Shown piece after piece: positions 1-8,525 of a DNA stretch of 64,000 nucleotides. The translations under genes were made by a program, and so were the position numbers. The DNA comes from a virus. The stretch is taken from the IMG/VR virus record IMGVR_UViG_3300038463_000177. One strand, 5' to 3'. Position 1 is the first letter of the stretch; every line of letters starts with the position of its first letter. The notes under the pieces were generated by a model. It saw nothing but the letters and a program-made list of their open reading frames with translations, was not told where the DNA came from and made no database searches.

Positions 1-149
1 TCGAGCGCATCGCTGCTGCCGCCAAGCAGGCCGAGCCGATGATTAACCAGCTTCTCCCCATCGTCACCAAGGCGTATCCCGACATCGTTGCCGTCACGCC
101 ACTCATCCAGGAACTCATTGCGTTCGCGAAACAGAAGGAAACCGAATAA
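1..149 (+). CDS. hypothetical protein, C-terminal fragment (5' end outside window)
   Basis: Open frame from window edge (..ERIAAAAKQAEPMINQLL..KQKETE*); TAA at 147-149 overlaps next ATG (TAATG). Confidence 0.45.
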   Translation, partial: ERIAAAAKQAEPMINQLLPIVTKAYPDIVAVTPLIQELIAFAKQKETE

Positions 150-562
150 TGGCCATCAGCCTCCTCACCCTCGAAAACTGGATCAGCGAAACCGAGACCG
201 ATGTGCTGGTGGTGATCGCCGACATCAAGCAAGGCATTGCTGTCCTCAAATCCGACGTCGACGCCGCGCTGACATGGATTGCAAACAATGCACCGGCCAT
301 CGCCTCGGACATCCAGGAAGTGCTGGGCATTGTCACCACGATCGGCATTGGCGCCAATCCGGAAGTGGCTGCCGCGGTCGTAGCGGCCAATGCCGCGGTA
401 TCCGCACTGAACGCTTTCGCCAGTGCCAAGAACTCCGGCGCTTCAAACACGGCCTCGGTGCTGGCCGGTTATACGGCCGTCCAGCAGGCCCAAGCCGCTG
501 TCGCCAGCGCCAAGGCGGCCGTGGTTTCAGCGCCAACCGCAGCAACCCCCGCAACCGCGTAA
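149..562 (+). CDS. hypothetical Ala-rich phage protein
   Basis: 137-aa ORF, high third-position GC, start coupled to upstream stop; no motif recognised. Confidence 0.6.
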   Translation: MAISLLTLENWISETETDVLVVIADIKQGIAVLKSDVDAALTWIANNAPAIASDIQEVLGIVTTIGIGANPEVAAAVVAANAAVSALNAFASAKNSGASNTASVLAGYTAVQQAQAAVASAKAAVVSAPTAATPATA

Positions 563-574
563 AAGGAACACATC

Positions 575-907
575 ATGAGTTTCAATTGGTCTTCCGTAGG
601 ATCCACCCTCTCCGGCCTTACCAGCGCGTTGTCGGCGGCCGGCGTCTCCTCATCCTCGATGGGAAGCATTCTCAATGAAATAGGCCTGTCCTCGAATCCC
701 AATCAATCCGCCGAGATCGCGATTTGCGGCCAAATACTGACCGCAATGGGGAATCCTCAATTGACGGAAGCGCTCGCCATGAAGCTGGCGACTGAACAGG
801 GCATCCCGCCGTCGGCAGCAGCGCTCGCCATGACCCTGGGCCAACCCGGGGTGAACACCGCGCAGGTCGTTATCGAAATCGAGCAGTTGATAAAACAGGG
901 GGGTTGA
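575..907 (+). CDS. hypothetical phage protein
   Basis: 110-aa ORF 12 nt after previous stop, preceded by AAGGAA; no motif recognised. Confidence 0.6.
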   Translation: MSFNWSSVGSTLSGLTSALSAAGVSSSSMGSILNEIGLSSNPNQSAEIAICGQILTAMGNPQLTEALAMKLATEQGIPPSAAALAMTLGQPGVNTAQVVIEIEQLIKQGG

Positions 908-939
908 TTGCGGGCACTTAAAGTAGTCGGGAATGCCGA

Positions 940-1239
940 ATGTCGATCGAACCTACTATCAGGGTTGGAGATATAGCGACCCTGATAGCCTTCATCGTCG
1001 GAGGCCTGGGTTTTGTCTGGAGTATGCGAGGCGATTTGAAAATGCTTGCGCGTGACATAAAGTTGCAAGGCACAAAGATCGAAAAGCTGGAAGCGGTCAT
1101 CACCGCACAGGCTGTTCAAGGGCAACGCATGGATGATCTCGACCGTCGCATCGAGGAGATGCGGCACGGGCGTGGATTCATACAATGCGGCGTCGACGGG
1201 CTTTACGGCGAGTACGGCAAAGCCAAATTTCCCAAATAA
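940..1239 (+). CDS. membrane-anchored coiled-coil protein (possible lysis accessory: holin/spanin-type)
   Basis: N-terminal TM segment IATLIAFIVGGLGFVWSM followed by a heptad-like charged helix; sits directly upstream of a cell-wall hydrolase. Confidence 0.5.
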   Translation: MSIEPTIRVGDIATLIAFIVGGLGFVWSMRGDLKMLARDIKLQGTKIEKLEAVITAQAVQGQRMDDLDRRIEEMRHGRGFIQCGVDGLYGEYGKAKFPK

Positions 1240-1253
1240 CCACAGGAGTTGAA

Positions 1254-1934
1254 ATGCTGCGCATCACCAGCATCACCAGCATCATCGCGCTTGTGTTCTT
1301 GTTGGCCGCTCCGGCGGAAGCCCGGCACCGCCAGAGTTCGCCTGCGCCCTGTATCGAAACCGGTACCCTGATGGCGCCGGCCTGCATGGGGCAAGCGGGC
1401 AATCCATTTTCCGGCGCGCGGTCGATGCGAATCACCATGAAGCGGGAGCGACCGCAACGACTGAAGCGGCGCGTCGTGACCGTCCTGCCGAGCATCGGCC
1501 TCGTCAGAGCATCAAGCGGCGCGGTTGCGCGGGTCGCGGCTCACGCCACGGAAGCCTTTCAGTGCATCGTCAACAGGCTGGAACAGCGCGGGTACCCGGT
1601 CCGGTTCATGGGCGGCCTGTCGAGCGGCCACATGCGCAACAGCCTGCACCATGTCGGCCTGGCGCTCGACGTCAATCAGGTCGCGCGCAACGTGACGAAG
1701 CCGCGGATGCCGGGCAACGAGATCGAACTGGCCAATTCGTGCGGACTGGTAAGCGGTGCGCAGTGGCGAAATGCCGATTCTGGACATTTCCAGCTTGGCG
1801 GGTACACCGGCCGAACCGGTGCGGTCGTCACTTCGCGGGCAAGTGTTCCAGAAAGGCGGCAAGGGCGACGCATTGTCCGGGCGTCATTGCAGCGATTTGC
1901 CTCGCAAGCCGGACACCGTGCGGCTGGACCATGA
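1254..1934 (+). CDS. peptidase M15-family (VanY/DD-peptidase-like) cell wall hydrolase with signal peptide
   Basis: ATG 1254 after CAGGAG; signal-like MLRITSITSIIALVFLLAAPAEA; zinc-site motifs SLHHVGLALDV and DSGHFQ typical of M15 peptidases. Confidence 0.75.
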   Translation: MLRITSITSIIALVFLLAAPAEARHRQSSPAPCIETGTLMAPACMGQAGNPFSGARSMRITMKRERPQRLKRRVVTVLPSIGLVRASSGAVARVAAHATEAFQCIVNRLEQRGYPVRFMGGLSSGHMRNSLHHVGLALDVNQVARNVTKPRMPGNEIELANSCGLVSGAQWRNADSGHFQLGGYTGRTGAVVTSRASVPERRQGRRIVRASLQRFASQAGHRAAGP

Positions 1935-2205
1935 ACGCCAGGATCTCGCTGACGTCACCCGAGGTTTCTACGACGTTCCCGCCGAGAAGGTCGTCGGTGC
2001 TGACTTCCAGTATCCTGGAAATCTGCTTCAGCCGGGCGGCGCCGACCCGGTTGACACCCTGCTCGTATTTTTGGACCTGCTGGAAGCTGATCCCCAACTG
2101 GTCGCCAAGGGCATCCTGGCTCAGTCCCTTGGCGCGGCGCTGGATCTTGATGCGCTGACCGATCTTCACGTCCTCGGCGGTGTGTGCCCGCGGTGATTTC
2201 GCCAT
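1828..2205 (-). CDS. XRE-family helix-turn-helix transcriptional regulator
   Basis: IGQRIKIQRRAKGLSQDALGDQLGISFQQVQKYEQGVNR is a canonical HTH_3/XRE motif; last gene of the leftward operon. Confidence 0.8.
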   Translation of the reverse strand: MAKSPRAHTAEDVKIGQRIKIQRRAKGLSQDALGDQLGISFQQVQKYEQGVNRVGAARLKQISRILEVSTDDLLGGNVVETSGDVSEILAFMVQPHGVRLARQIAAMTPGQCVALAAFLEHLPAK

Positions 2206-3542
2206 CAGGTCTGTCCTCCGAAGAAGTTATCCAGCATCCCCTTGACCTCCGGGCTGGCGGCGGCGTCCTGGCCGGGCCCAATGCCGAATTCGAGCTGCTG
2301 CGGATTAGCCCCCTGCGCCTGGGAGCCCGCATTCGCGACACCCCCACCGAACGGAGTACCGCCCGCGGCATTGGGGGCGCTGTGCGTAAAAGGGCCGGTC
2401 TGCGGCACCTCCTGCCCCGGATGCGGGAACGGAGCCTGCTGGGGCCCGCCCGGCGCGCCGCCGTTGGCCGCGGCAATCTCGGCGGCGGTGCGGCGCTTCC
2501 GGCGACCCTGTTGAGGTTCAGTAGGCGCAGTTACGGCAGATGCCTGTGGTGTTGGCTGCGTCGAGGGGAATACCGCAGCCGGGGCATTCGGCTGGTTCGC
2601 GAAAGGGCCGGGCTGTTGCACCTGCTGGCTACCCTGCGCGGGCCGTTGCTGCCCACTCGGCTGCTGAAATGCGCCGCCCTGCTGAGTCTGTTGCGGCACA
2701 TTCGGAACAAATTGTTGTGCCTGCGCCACAGCGGGGGCAGGGCCCTGGACGAAAGGGATCTGGCCCTGCGTCATGGGCTGCTGGTGCGTCGGAGCGTAAG
2801 CCGCCTGCGGAGCGTTGATCTGCTGCGCGGGCGCCGCGATCTGGTGCGCCGGCTTGGCGATGTCGCCCCGGCCGACGATGGTGTCAGTGAGTTTGGCGAC
2901 GTAGGCCTCCTGCCGGAGCCTGGCGACCGCCTCGTCGATGTAGCTGACCGGCCGGAAGCCCAGCACGCCCTGCGACACGAACCACATGCGGGTGACGAGA
3001 TTGGCCACCAGCGCGCCGTTGCCTTTGCACAAGGCGGTGTACTCACGGAGCGGCCCGTGGCTGGCCGGCGGCACCGCCAGCAAGAATACGGTCTGGAAAC
3101 CGGGAACCAAAAGCGCGATCTTGTACTTCTCCGTGCACCACGGAACCTTGTTGCCGTTGGCATTGATCTTGGTCCACTCGGCACGCGGGCAGGCGGCACA
3201 GGTCGGGGCCTGCGGAATACTGGATCCGATCGACGGCCCGATACCGTTATCTGAATAGCATACGGGACGCTTGCCTTCTTGCTTCTTGTCGTAGTTGCCT
3301 TCGTAGTAAATACGGCTTTTGACATCGGCGACATCGACGATGCAGGCGTCGAGGTACACGCCGATTTGCGGGTCATGCGTGGGGACCATGATCTCGTCGC
3401 CGGCCGCGTCGACAAGCGTGAAGCGCCCGTCGCCGATATTGACGTGCGGCGGCATTGCCGCGCCGAGATTGCCCAACATCGTCGAGCCGAGGTCGGGGAC
3501 TTGATACTGCTGGAGGTAGGCCGGGAGGTTGTTCTGGGTCAA
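2205..3542 (-). CDS. replication-module protein, possible ssDNA-binding protein with Cys cluster and Q/P-rich C-terminal half
   Basis: 445 aa; folded N-terminal ~230 aa with CYSDNG..CAACPRAEW..WCTEKYK; then ~190 aa Q/P/A low complexity ending MLDNFFGGQT; function is a guess from position and architecture. Confidence 0.55.
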   Translation of the reverse strand: MTQNNLPAYLQQYQVPDLGSTMLGNLGAAMPPHVNIGDGRFTLVDAAGDEIMVPTHDPQIGVYLDACIVDVADVKSRIYYEGNYDKKQEGKRPVCYSDNGIGPSIGSSIPQAPTCAACPRAEWTKINANGNKVPWCTEKYKIALLVPGFQTVFLLAVPPASHGPLREYTALCKGNGALVANLVTRMWFVSQGVLGFRPVSYIDEAVARLRQEAYVAKLTDTIVGRGDIAKPAHQIAAPAQQINAPQAAYAPTHQQPMTQGQIPFVQGPAPAVAQAQQFVPNVPQQTQQGGAFQQPSGQQRPAQGSQQVQQPGPFANQPNAPAAVFPSTQPTPQASAVTAPTEPQQGRRKRRTAAEIAAANGGAPGGPQQAPFPHPGQEVPQTGPFTHSAPNAAGGTPFGGGVANAGSQAQGANPQQLEFGIGPGQDAAASPEVKGMLDNFFGGQT

Positions 3543-3576
3543 TGGGTTAGCTCCTGTTGATGTTACGATTTGGATA

Positions 3577-3951
3577 TTAGCGCAATTCCACCGACGGGAG
3601 AATCGAAGTCGGCTTGAACGTTACGCGGTAGAAATACACGCCGACTTTGGCTTCATCGATCTGCTCGGAAAAATAAGTGACATTGTCACTGAGTCCGAGA
3701 AAATGTTTCTTGTAGGCATCGTTGCCAGTCTTGCAAGTGACAACCAGCTTCTTATCGCTCGGCTCCTGCGAACACAGGCCCTCGATCGTCAGCATGTAGT
3801 CGCCGGTGATGCCATTGTAGAACACGATGCGACGGTTGATCCTAAAATTATCCGCGGCCTGCGACAAGTTCTGTGATGCGATCTGTGCATCGTTGGCGCA
3901 CGAGGCTAAGCCGATCGCCGCGACAGTCACGAACACAATGTACTTCAGCAT
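3577..3951 (-). CDS. lipoprotein
   Basis: Signal peptide plus lipobox MLKYIVFVTVAAIGLASC; lower GC than neighbours. Confidence 0.75.
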   Translation of the reverse strand: MLKYIVFVTVAAIGLASCANDAQIASQNLSQAADNFRINRRIVFYNGITGDYMLTIEGLCSQEPSDKKLVVTCKTGNDAYKKHFLGLSDNVTYFSEQIDEAKVGVYFYRVTFKPTSILPSVELR

Positions 3952-3952
3952 G

Positions 3953-4411
3953 TTAGCTCCTGTTGATGTTGAGGCGAGAATATTTGCTCAGGGAGATGCC
4001 GGGCGGCAGTTGGCCGTTGTTGTCGTCCATGAACTGGCGCACCGCCTTGATGCCGATGGACAGCTTGATCTCGTCGCCGTACTGCTCCCAGTGGTCGGCC
4101 GCGAAGTCGAACAGCGCCTCCGGCTGCTCGATCTTGACCGACTCCAGCCGGGAGATGTAGGCGGTGCCGGCATCGGTCTTGGTGGAGTCGGCGCCGCGGG
4201 CGACGAGGCGCGCGAAGATGTCGTCCTCGATCTGCTTGATGCGCTCCTTCAGCGGCTTGGCCCACTCGTTGAACTTGGCCAGCCCAGCCTTGATCTGGTC
4301 CTCCAGCTTGTGGTTCTCGGCGATCAGGTCGTTGTCGGTGACGGCGCTGTTGTGGCCGATGGCGGGCGCCGGTGATTCGGTCGGTTGTTCGGTTCGTTTG
4401 GTGCGGGGCAT
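3953..4411 (-). CDS. Gp157-like phage protein (tentative)
   Basis: 152 aa, coiled-coil N-terminus, IGHNS motif, size and position resemble siphovirus Gp157-family proteins; weak by-eye call. Confidence 0.5.
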   Translation of the reverse strand: MPRTKRTEQPTESPAPAIGHNSAVTDNDLIAENHKLEDQIKAGLAKFNEWAKPLKERIKQIEDDIFARLVARGADSTKTDAGTAYISRLESVKIEQPEALFDFAADHWEQYGDEIKLSIGIKAVRQFMDDNNGQLPPGISLSKYSRLNINRS

Positions 4412-4593
4412 CAGGTTCCTTCGTACATTGCTAAATGAAACTTTAATCGTTCCACAACTTTGTCGATCGTAGCGCCCGGAATGCTAAGTATCATGTTGGC
4501 TACCAGTTGGCACATAAGCTCCATAGCCAACGGTCCGTCCGCAGGTAACGCGTTCAAAATAATTTCTTGGATATCCGCCTCTATAGTGCCCAT
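4411..4593 (-). CDS. hypothetical small protein
   Basis: 60-aa ORF in an AT-richer patch; stop overlaps next start. Confidence 0.4.
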   Translation of the reverse strand: MGTIEADIQEIILNALPADGPLAMELMCQLVANMILSIPGATIDKVVERLKFHLAMYEGT

Positions 4594-4647
4594 CCCTTGT
4601 CTCCTTACGGCTGCTTGTTTCTACAAAGCATATTTAGCGTTGTCAAC

Positions 4648-6414
4648 CTAAAAATCTCCCCTCCTGATAGCATCAAGCATTATGCCCTGCATAGAGGTAT
4701 TGCTTTCCAGCCGGTCGAATATCTCGTCTTCCAGCTTGTTGGACACGATCTGGAAGCAGTTGGTCGGGTATTTCTGCCCCGGCCGCCGCAGGCGGGCATT
4801 GCCCTGCACCCACAGTTCGGCCTTGTCGGTGGCGCCGAACCAGATGCAGGTATCCGCTTCCACGAACTCGTTGATTCCGTGGGCGGTCACGCCGGGGTCG
4901 ACGACGATAGCCTTGAAGTCCGGCTCGTTGACGTAAGCCTGAATGATCTTCTGGCGCTCGCCGCGCTTACTGACCTCGCCGTTAATGAAGTCGCAGGTGT
5001 ACGGCAAATCTGCCTTCTTCCACACCGCGCGCAGGTACTTCACGACAATGTGTACTACGGAGGTGATGGGGACGAAAATGACGACCTTGCGCTCGGTGCT
5101 CTCAATGATCTCCTCCAGCTCCTTGTAGCGCGGCGAGGCGTCGACCAGGTGAGCAAAGTGGTCGCCATCGTAGACCGCCCCCAGCGACAGCTGGATCAGC
5201 TTCTGGCGGGCCGCCGACTCGTTCATGGCGGTGATGGCCTGCCCGGACTTGACGATCATCTGAAGCTCGTTCTTGAGCTTCTTCATGTGCTCCTTCTGCT
5301 CGGCCGTGAGGTCGACCCGCCGGCGCTGGGTGGTCATCGGCGGGCCATTCCAGACGTCGGACAGGGCGAAGCGGACCGCGGGCGACAGCAGCCGCTTGGC
5401 CTGAGCGTAGCCGTCCTTCTGCGGCACCCATTTGAACTCGCTGACCTTTATCATGGTCTCGGCCTGGAACCGCTTGAAGGACTTGCCGTAGGCGTCGTTG
5501 GACAGCTTGGCCATCCCATAGGCGTCGGTCGGGCGGTTGGGCGTCGGCGAGCCCGTCAGCTGCCAGAGCCAGCGCTTCTTGCCGAAAATGAGCGTGGCGC
5601 AGGCGTGCCGGGCGGTGTCGACCGCCTTGAAGCTCGATGCTTCGTCGATGATGACCATCTTGATGTCGTCGCGCGCGGCCAGCGCCTTGGAGAAGCCGTC
5701 AAGCTCGACCCGCTTCTGGTGCGGCTTCCGGGGATCCACCTTGCGGCGGATGTGCGCGCCGACCTTCAGGCCGTCGGGGTTGATGATGTAGCAGTCGACG
5801 TCTTTTTCCAATTGCTTCGTCCGCTTGTCGCCGTCGCCGATCAGCAATGCATAGGAGCGGCGGGACAGAAAGTTGCGGAAGATGGCTGCCGCCCAGACGG
5901 TGTCGATCAGGGTCAGGGGGGCGATGATCAGCGCGCGGAATCGATCGGTCGGGTCGTCCAGACCGGTGTTCATGCAGTTTTCACACGGCCCGTGACCGCA
6001 ATATGCGCAAGGCTTTCGGCTGTTCTCATGCTGCTGCATCAAGAAGTCCATGGCCCAGAGCGTGCTTATGGTTTTCATAGTTCCGGGGTCGCCCAGATTA
6101 AAGCAGCGCGGGTGCAGCGCCTGGAAGTTTGCATATATTTTCTGGTGCGGCAGCGGCGTCTTGCCGGGCTCGATTGGCCAGTCGTAGTTCTGCATCGGCG
6201 CCGGGGTCGGCCAGTTATACCACGCCAGCACCTGGAGATTGGCGAGGGTGTTCGGGACGGCAAAGTAGGAGCCATTCAAGGGTTTCAGGTCGGGGATGTA
6301 TTGCGGGAGGATGCCGGGCTGGCCGGGGTAGACGATCAGGTTTCGCGCGTCGTCAAGCCAAAACTCAGACATCGCCGCCCATCGGACATCCGCCCATGGA
6401 GCAGGTTTCGCCAT
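4648..6414 (-). CDS. SNF2-family DEAD/DEAH-box helicase
   Basis: Motif I GDPGTMKT, Ia LIIAPLTLIDTVW, II VIIDEASSFK, C-terminal helicase lobe; alternative start MSEFW at 6372. Confidence 0.85.
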   Translation of the reverse strand: MAKPAPWADVRWAAMSEFWLDDARNLIVYPGQPGILPQYIPDLKPLNGSYFAVPNTLANLQVLAWYNWPTPAPMQNYDWPIEPGKTPLPHQKIYANFQALHPRCFNLGDPGTMKTISTLWAMDFLMQQHENSRKPCAYCGHGPCENCMNTGLDDPTDRFRALIIAPLTLIDTVWAAAIFRNFLSRRSYALLIGDGDKRTKQLEKDVDCYIINPDGLKVGAHIRRKVDPRKPHQKRVELDGFSKALAARDDIKMVIIDEASSFKAVDTARHACATLIFGKKRWLWQLTGSPTPNRPTDAYGMAKLSNDAYGKSFKRFQAETMIKVSEFKWVPQKDGYAQAKRLLSPAVRFALSDVWNGPPMTTQRRRVDLTAEQKEHMKKLKNELQMIVKSGQAITAMNESAARQKLIQLSLGAVYDGDHFAHLVDASPRYKELEEIIESTERKVVIFVPITSVVHIVVKYLRAVWKKADLPYTCDFINGEVSKRGERQKIIQAYVNEPDFKAIVVDPGVTAHGINEFVEADTCIWFGATDKAELWVQGNARLRRPGQKYPTNCFQIVSNKLEDEIFDRLESNTSMQGIMLDAIRRGDF

Positions 6415-6775
6415 CCTTGAACATGCGTTTACATGACGGGCATTTGTTGATGTTGCTATAGGGCCCGACCGCGATTCCGCGGACAGCTAGCCAGTCTCTC
6501 AGCACCTGAATCACCACCTCGGCGGTGCCGGCAACCGCGTGGCCGCCGGCCTCCCGCACTTCCTTCATGCGCCGGTACTGGATCGCCGTCGGTTCCTTGC
6601 CTGGGCGCTTGACCTCGATGTTCCAGAATGCCCCGCACAGGCAGACCACCTTGTCCCCGGCGCCCGACGCGCCGTAGCCGCCAGTGCGCGGGTTTATCCA
6701 CCACGCGACCGTCGGGCCGAGGCCTTTCAGGAAGGTTTCGATTTCCTGCTTTTCGTAGAATTCCGGACCTTTCAT
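6365..6775 (-). CDS. VRR-NUC domain nuclease with C-terminal zinc ribbon
   Basis: GAGDKVV..WNIEVKRPGKEPTAIQ matches the VRR-NUC D..ExK..Q core; tail CPSCKR..CSMGGCP. Confidence 0.8.
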   Translation of the reverse strand: MKGPEFYEKQEIETFLKGLGPTVAWWINPRTGGYGASGAGDKVVCLCGAFWNIEVKRPGKEPTAIQYRRMKEVREAGGHAVAGTAEVVIQVLRDWLAVRGIAVGPYSNINKCPSCKRMFKDGETCSMGGCPMGGDV

Positions 6776-7512
6776 ACTGGCCCCCCACTATTTTTTCTTG
6801 GGTTGTTCTCGCAATCGAAAACACCACACCATCCACAAAGCGGGTTCTTGGTCTTGGGCCAGTCACCCGACTCCATGCAGTCCTCGATCACTCCGACCTT
6901 GTTGTTGATCTTGGCCCAGGTGGCATTGAAGTCGCTCAGGTCATGCGGCTCGCCGATCCGGTTTTCCTTGAGCCAAGCGTAGTGCCCGAACACCTTGGTG
7001 ATCGCCGGGATGGCGGCCTTCAGCGTCAGCGCCTGGATCTCCAACTCGAACGGGTCCTCGTACTTGGAATTCCCGGTCTTGAAGTCCGAGATGAACACCG
7101 CGCTGCCGTGCAGCATGGTGACGTCGATCTTGCACCGAAGCCAGACGTCCTTGTCCCAGAAACCGGTCGGCTTGCACTCGCTGGTGATGCCGGTCTGCTT
7201 CTCCGGCTTCGCCTTCCGCTCGACATAAGCCGCCACGATCGGCTCCCAGTGCAGCATCTTCTGCGGCAGCGGCTTGCCGCCGATGCGGAGCTCCATCGCC
7301 TTGTGGACCTCGTTGCCCCATTCGATTTCCGGCGTCTTGTCGAACAGGAGGTCTCGCTTGACGTACTGCCGGTAGCACTTGTACAGGCAGGTGTCGGCGG
7401 TCTTCAGCAGGGTGTAACTGTAGACGATCGGCTTGATCTGCGCCGGGAGGTTGGGCATGTTGTTGTCCTTGTCTCGGCGCAAATAATCGGGGATATCGAG
7501 GGGGTCGCTCAC
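6772..7512 (-). CDS. PD-(D/E)XK exonuclease, Cas4/RecB-like with Fe-S type Cys cluster
   Basis: N-terminal CLYKC, IDV..ISDFKTG (D..DxK), QALTL, C-terminal CGWCGVFDC. Confidence 0.8.
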   Translation of the reverse strand: MSDPLDIPDYLRRDKDNNMPNLPAQIKPIVYSYTLLKTADTCLYKCYRQYVKRDLLFDKTPEIEWGNEVHKAMELRIGGKPLPQKMLHWEPIVAAYVERKAKPEKQTGITSECKPTGFWDKDVWLRCKIDVTMLHGSAVFISDFKTGNSKYEDPFELEIQALTLKAAIPAITKVFGHYAWLKENRIGEPHDLSDFNATWAKINNKVGVIEDCMESGDWPKTKNPLCGWCGVFDCENNPRKNSGGPV

Positions 7513-7514
7513 GG

Positions 7515-7871
7515 CTACGCCAGCTGCCCCACGCGCGCGAGGATGCGCTTCTTGACGTCGGCGTCGTAGTTGGCGAGCCGGTCGAGGATCGCCAGCACCG
7601 TCTCGGCTTCGCCGGGCTTGGGGGGGACCTGCGCAGCCTTGTAGCGTGTCATGGCCTCCTGCGCATTGGTGACTGACGCCTGTCGAAACGCCTTGGTGCG
7701 CCGGTCAACCTTCTTGTGGCGCTTCACGGCGCGGGGCGGCTTAGCCGCGGTCGCGCGCGGCGCGCTCGGCTTCCGAGAGCTGATACGCTGGGATTTCCTT
7801 CGGGCTTTCTTGGGCGCCGGCGCCTCCGGAACGGTCGTCGGGATGTCGAAGTCGGGCAGGGTCTCGGTCAT
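7515..7871 (-). CDS. hypothetical basic protein
   Basis: 118 aa, K/R/P-rich centre; AAGGAGAA 6 nt upstream of ATG. Confidence 0.6.
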   Translation of the reverse strand: MTETLPDFDIPTTVPEAPAPKKARRKSQRISSRKPSAPRATAAKPPRAVKRHKKVDRRTKAFRQASVTNAQEAMTRYKAAQVPPKPGEAETVLAILDRLANYDADVKKRILARVGQLA

Positions 7872-8001
7872 CGGGGTTCTCCTTGGGCAAGCGCTTCTGC
7901 AGCGCGGATATCAGGGCTTCAAGCTCCTGAACTTGGGTGAGCGGGTTGATAACCGCCCGCACATTGATGTTCGGTTCGTCGTCGGTGAGGGTCCAGGTCA
8001 C
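7741..8001 (-). CDS. hypothetical small protein (uncertain; 131-nt out-of-frame overlap with next gene)
   Basis: GTG start overlaps HD-gene stop (GTGA); the first ~43 codons look coding, the rest overlaps 7515-7871. Confidence 0.3.
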   Translation of the reverse strand: MTWTLTDDEPNINVRAVINPLTQVQELEALISALQKRLPKENPDDRDPARLRHPDDRSGGAGAQESPKEIPAYQLSEAERAARDRG

Positions 8002-8525
8002 ACAAACTCCTTAAACCGTCGCAGGAACTCTTCCTCTGCTCGTGTCGACGTCCAAAACTGTAAAGTGACGCCAAGCTTAGGTTCAGGAAGACACCAATCT
8101 TTGGGCGGATCAGCCATCGCCTGAACACTCTCATCTGCCAGCATAGCGTCGTCCATTCGCTTCACGAACGGAGGCATAGGCCATTCAAGCTCGAACCGAT
8201 CGGCGATGGCGCGCTCTATAGCTTTCTCGCATTCCAAATAGTTCCCTAAATACCGCTTGATCGGCCTTATCACGTCAGAAAGATACGCTTCGCTTGCGTC
8301 GTGCAGCAGAGCAGCACGCGCCAGTCCAAGCGGTGCTGCATCGGCCATGAGAACGCAGTGCTCTGCTACGCTGTAGAAACGCACGCAGTGACCACCGTAC
8401 CGGCAGAGCAGGGACAGCGCGTGCGCTATATCCTCGATGAAAACTTCTTCCGGGCGCGGATCGAGCGGCCAAAATTGCCGGCCTGAAAAAGTCTGCATCC
8501 AATCGCCTGTGCGTGCGTTCACCAC
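7998..8525 (-). CDS. HD-domain phosphohydrolase (YfbR-type 5'-nucleotidase-like)
   Basis: SVAEH..LLHDASEAYLSD gives the H..HD..E/D metal-binding pattern. Confidence 0.8.
   Translation of the reverse strand: MVNARTGDWMQTFSGRQFWPLDPRPEEVFIEDIAHALSLLCRYGGHCVRFYSVAEHCVLMADAAPLGLARAALLHDASEAYLSDVIRPIKRYLGNYLECEKAIERAIADRFELEWPMPPFVKRMDDAMLADESVQAMADPPKDWCLPEPKLGVTLQFWTSTRAEEEFLRRFKEFV

Noticed and set aside
2184-3254. 356-aa ORF on the + strand
   Set aside because: It is a shadow frame of the 445-aa leftward gene. It is Arg/Leu/Gly-rich and interrupts an otherwise uniformly leftward operon.
4567-6420. 617-aa ORF on the + strand
   Set aside because: It lies exactly antisense to the SNF2 helicase, which has clear motifs. 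Its translation is R/G/A/L/V-rich with no motifs, the typical shadow ORF of high-GC DNA.
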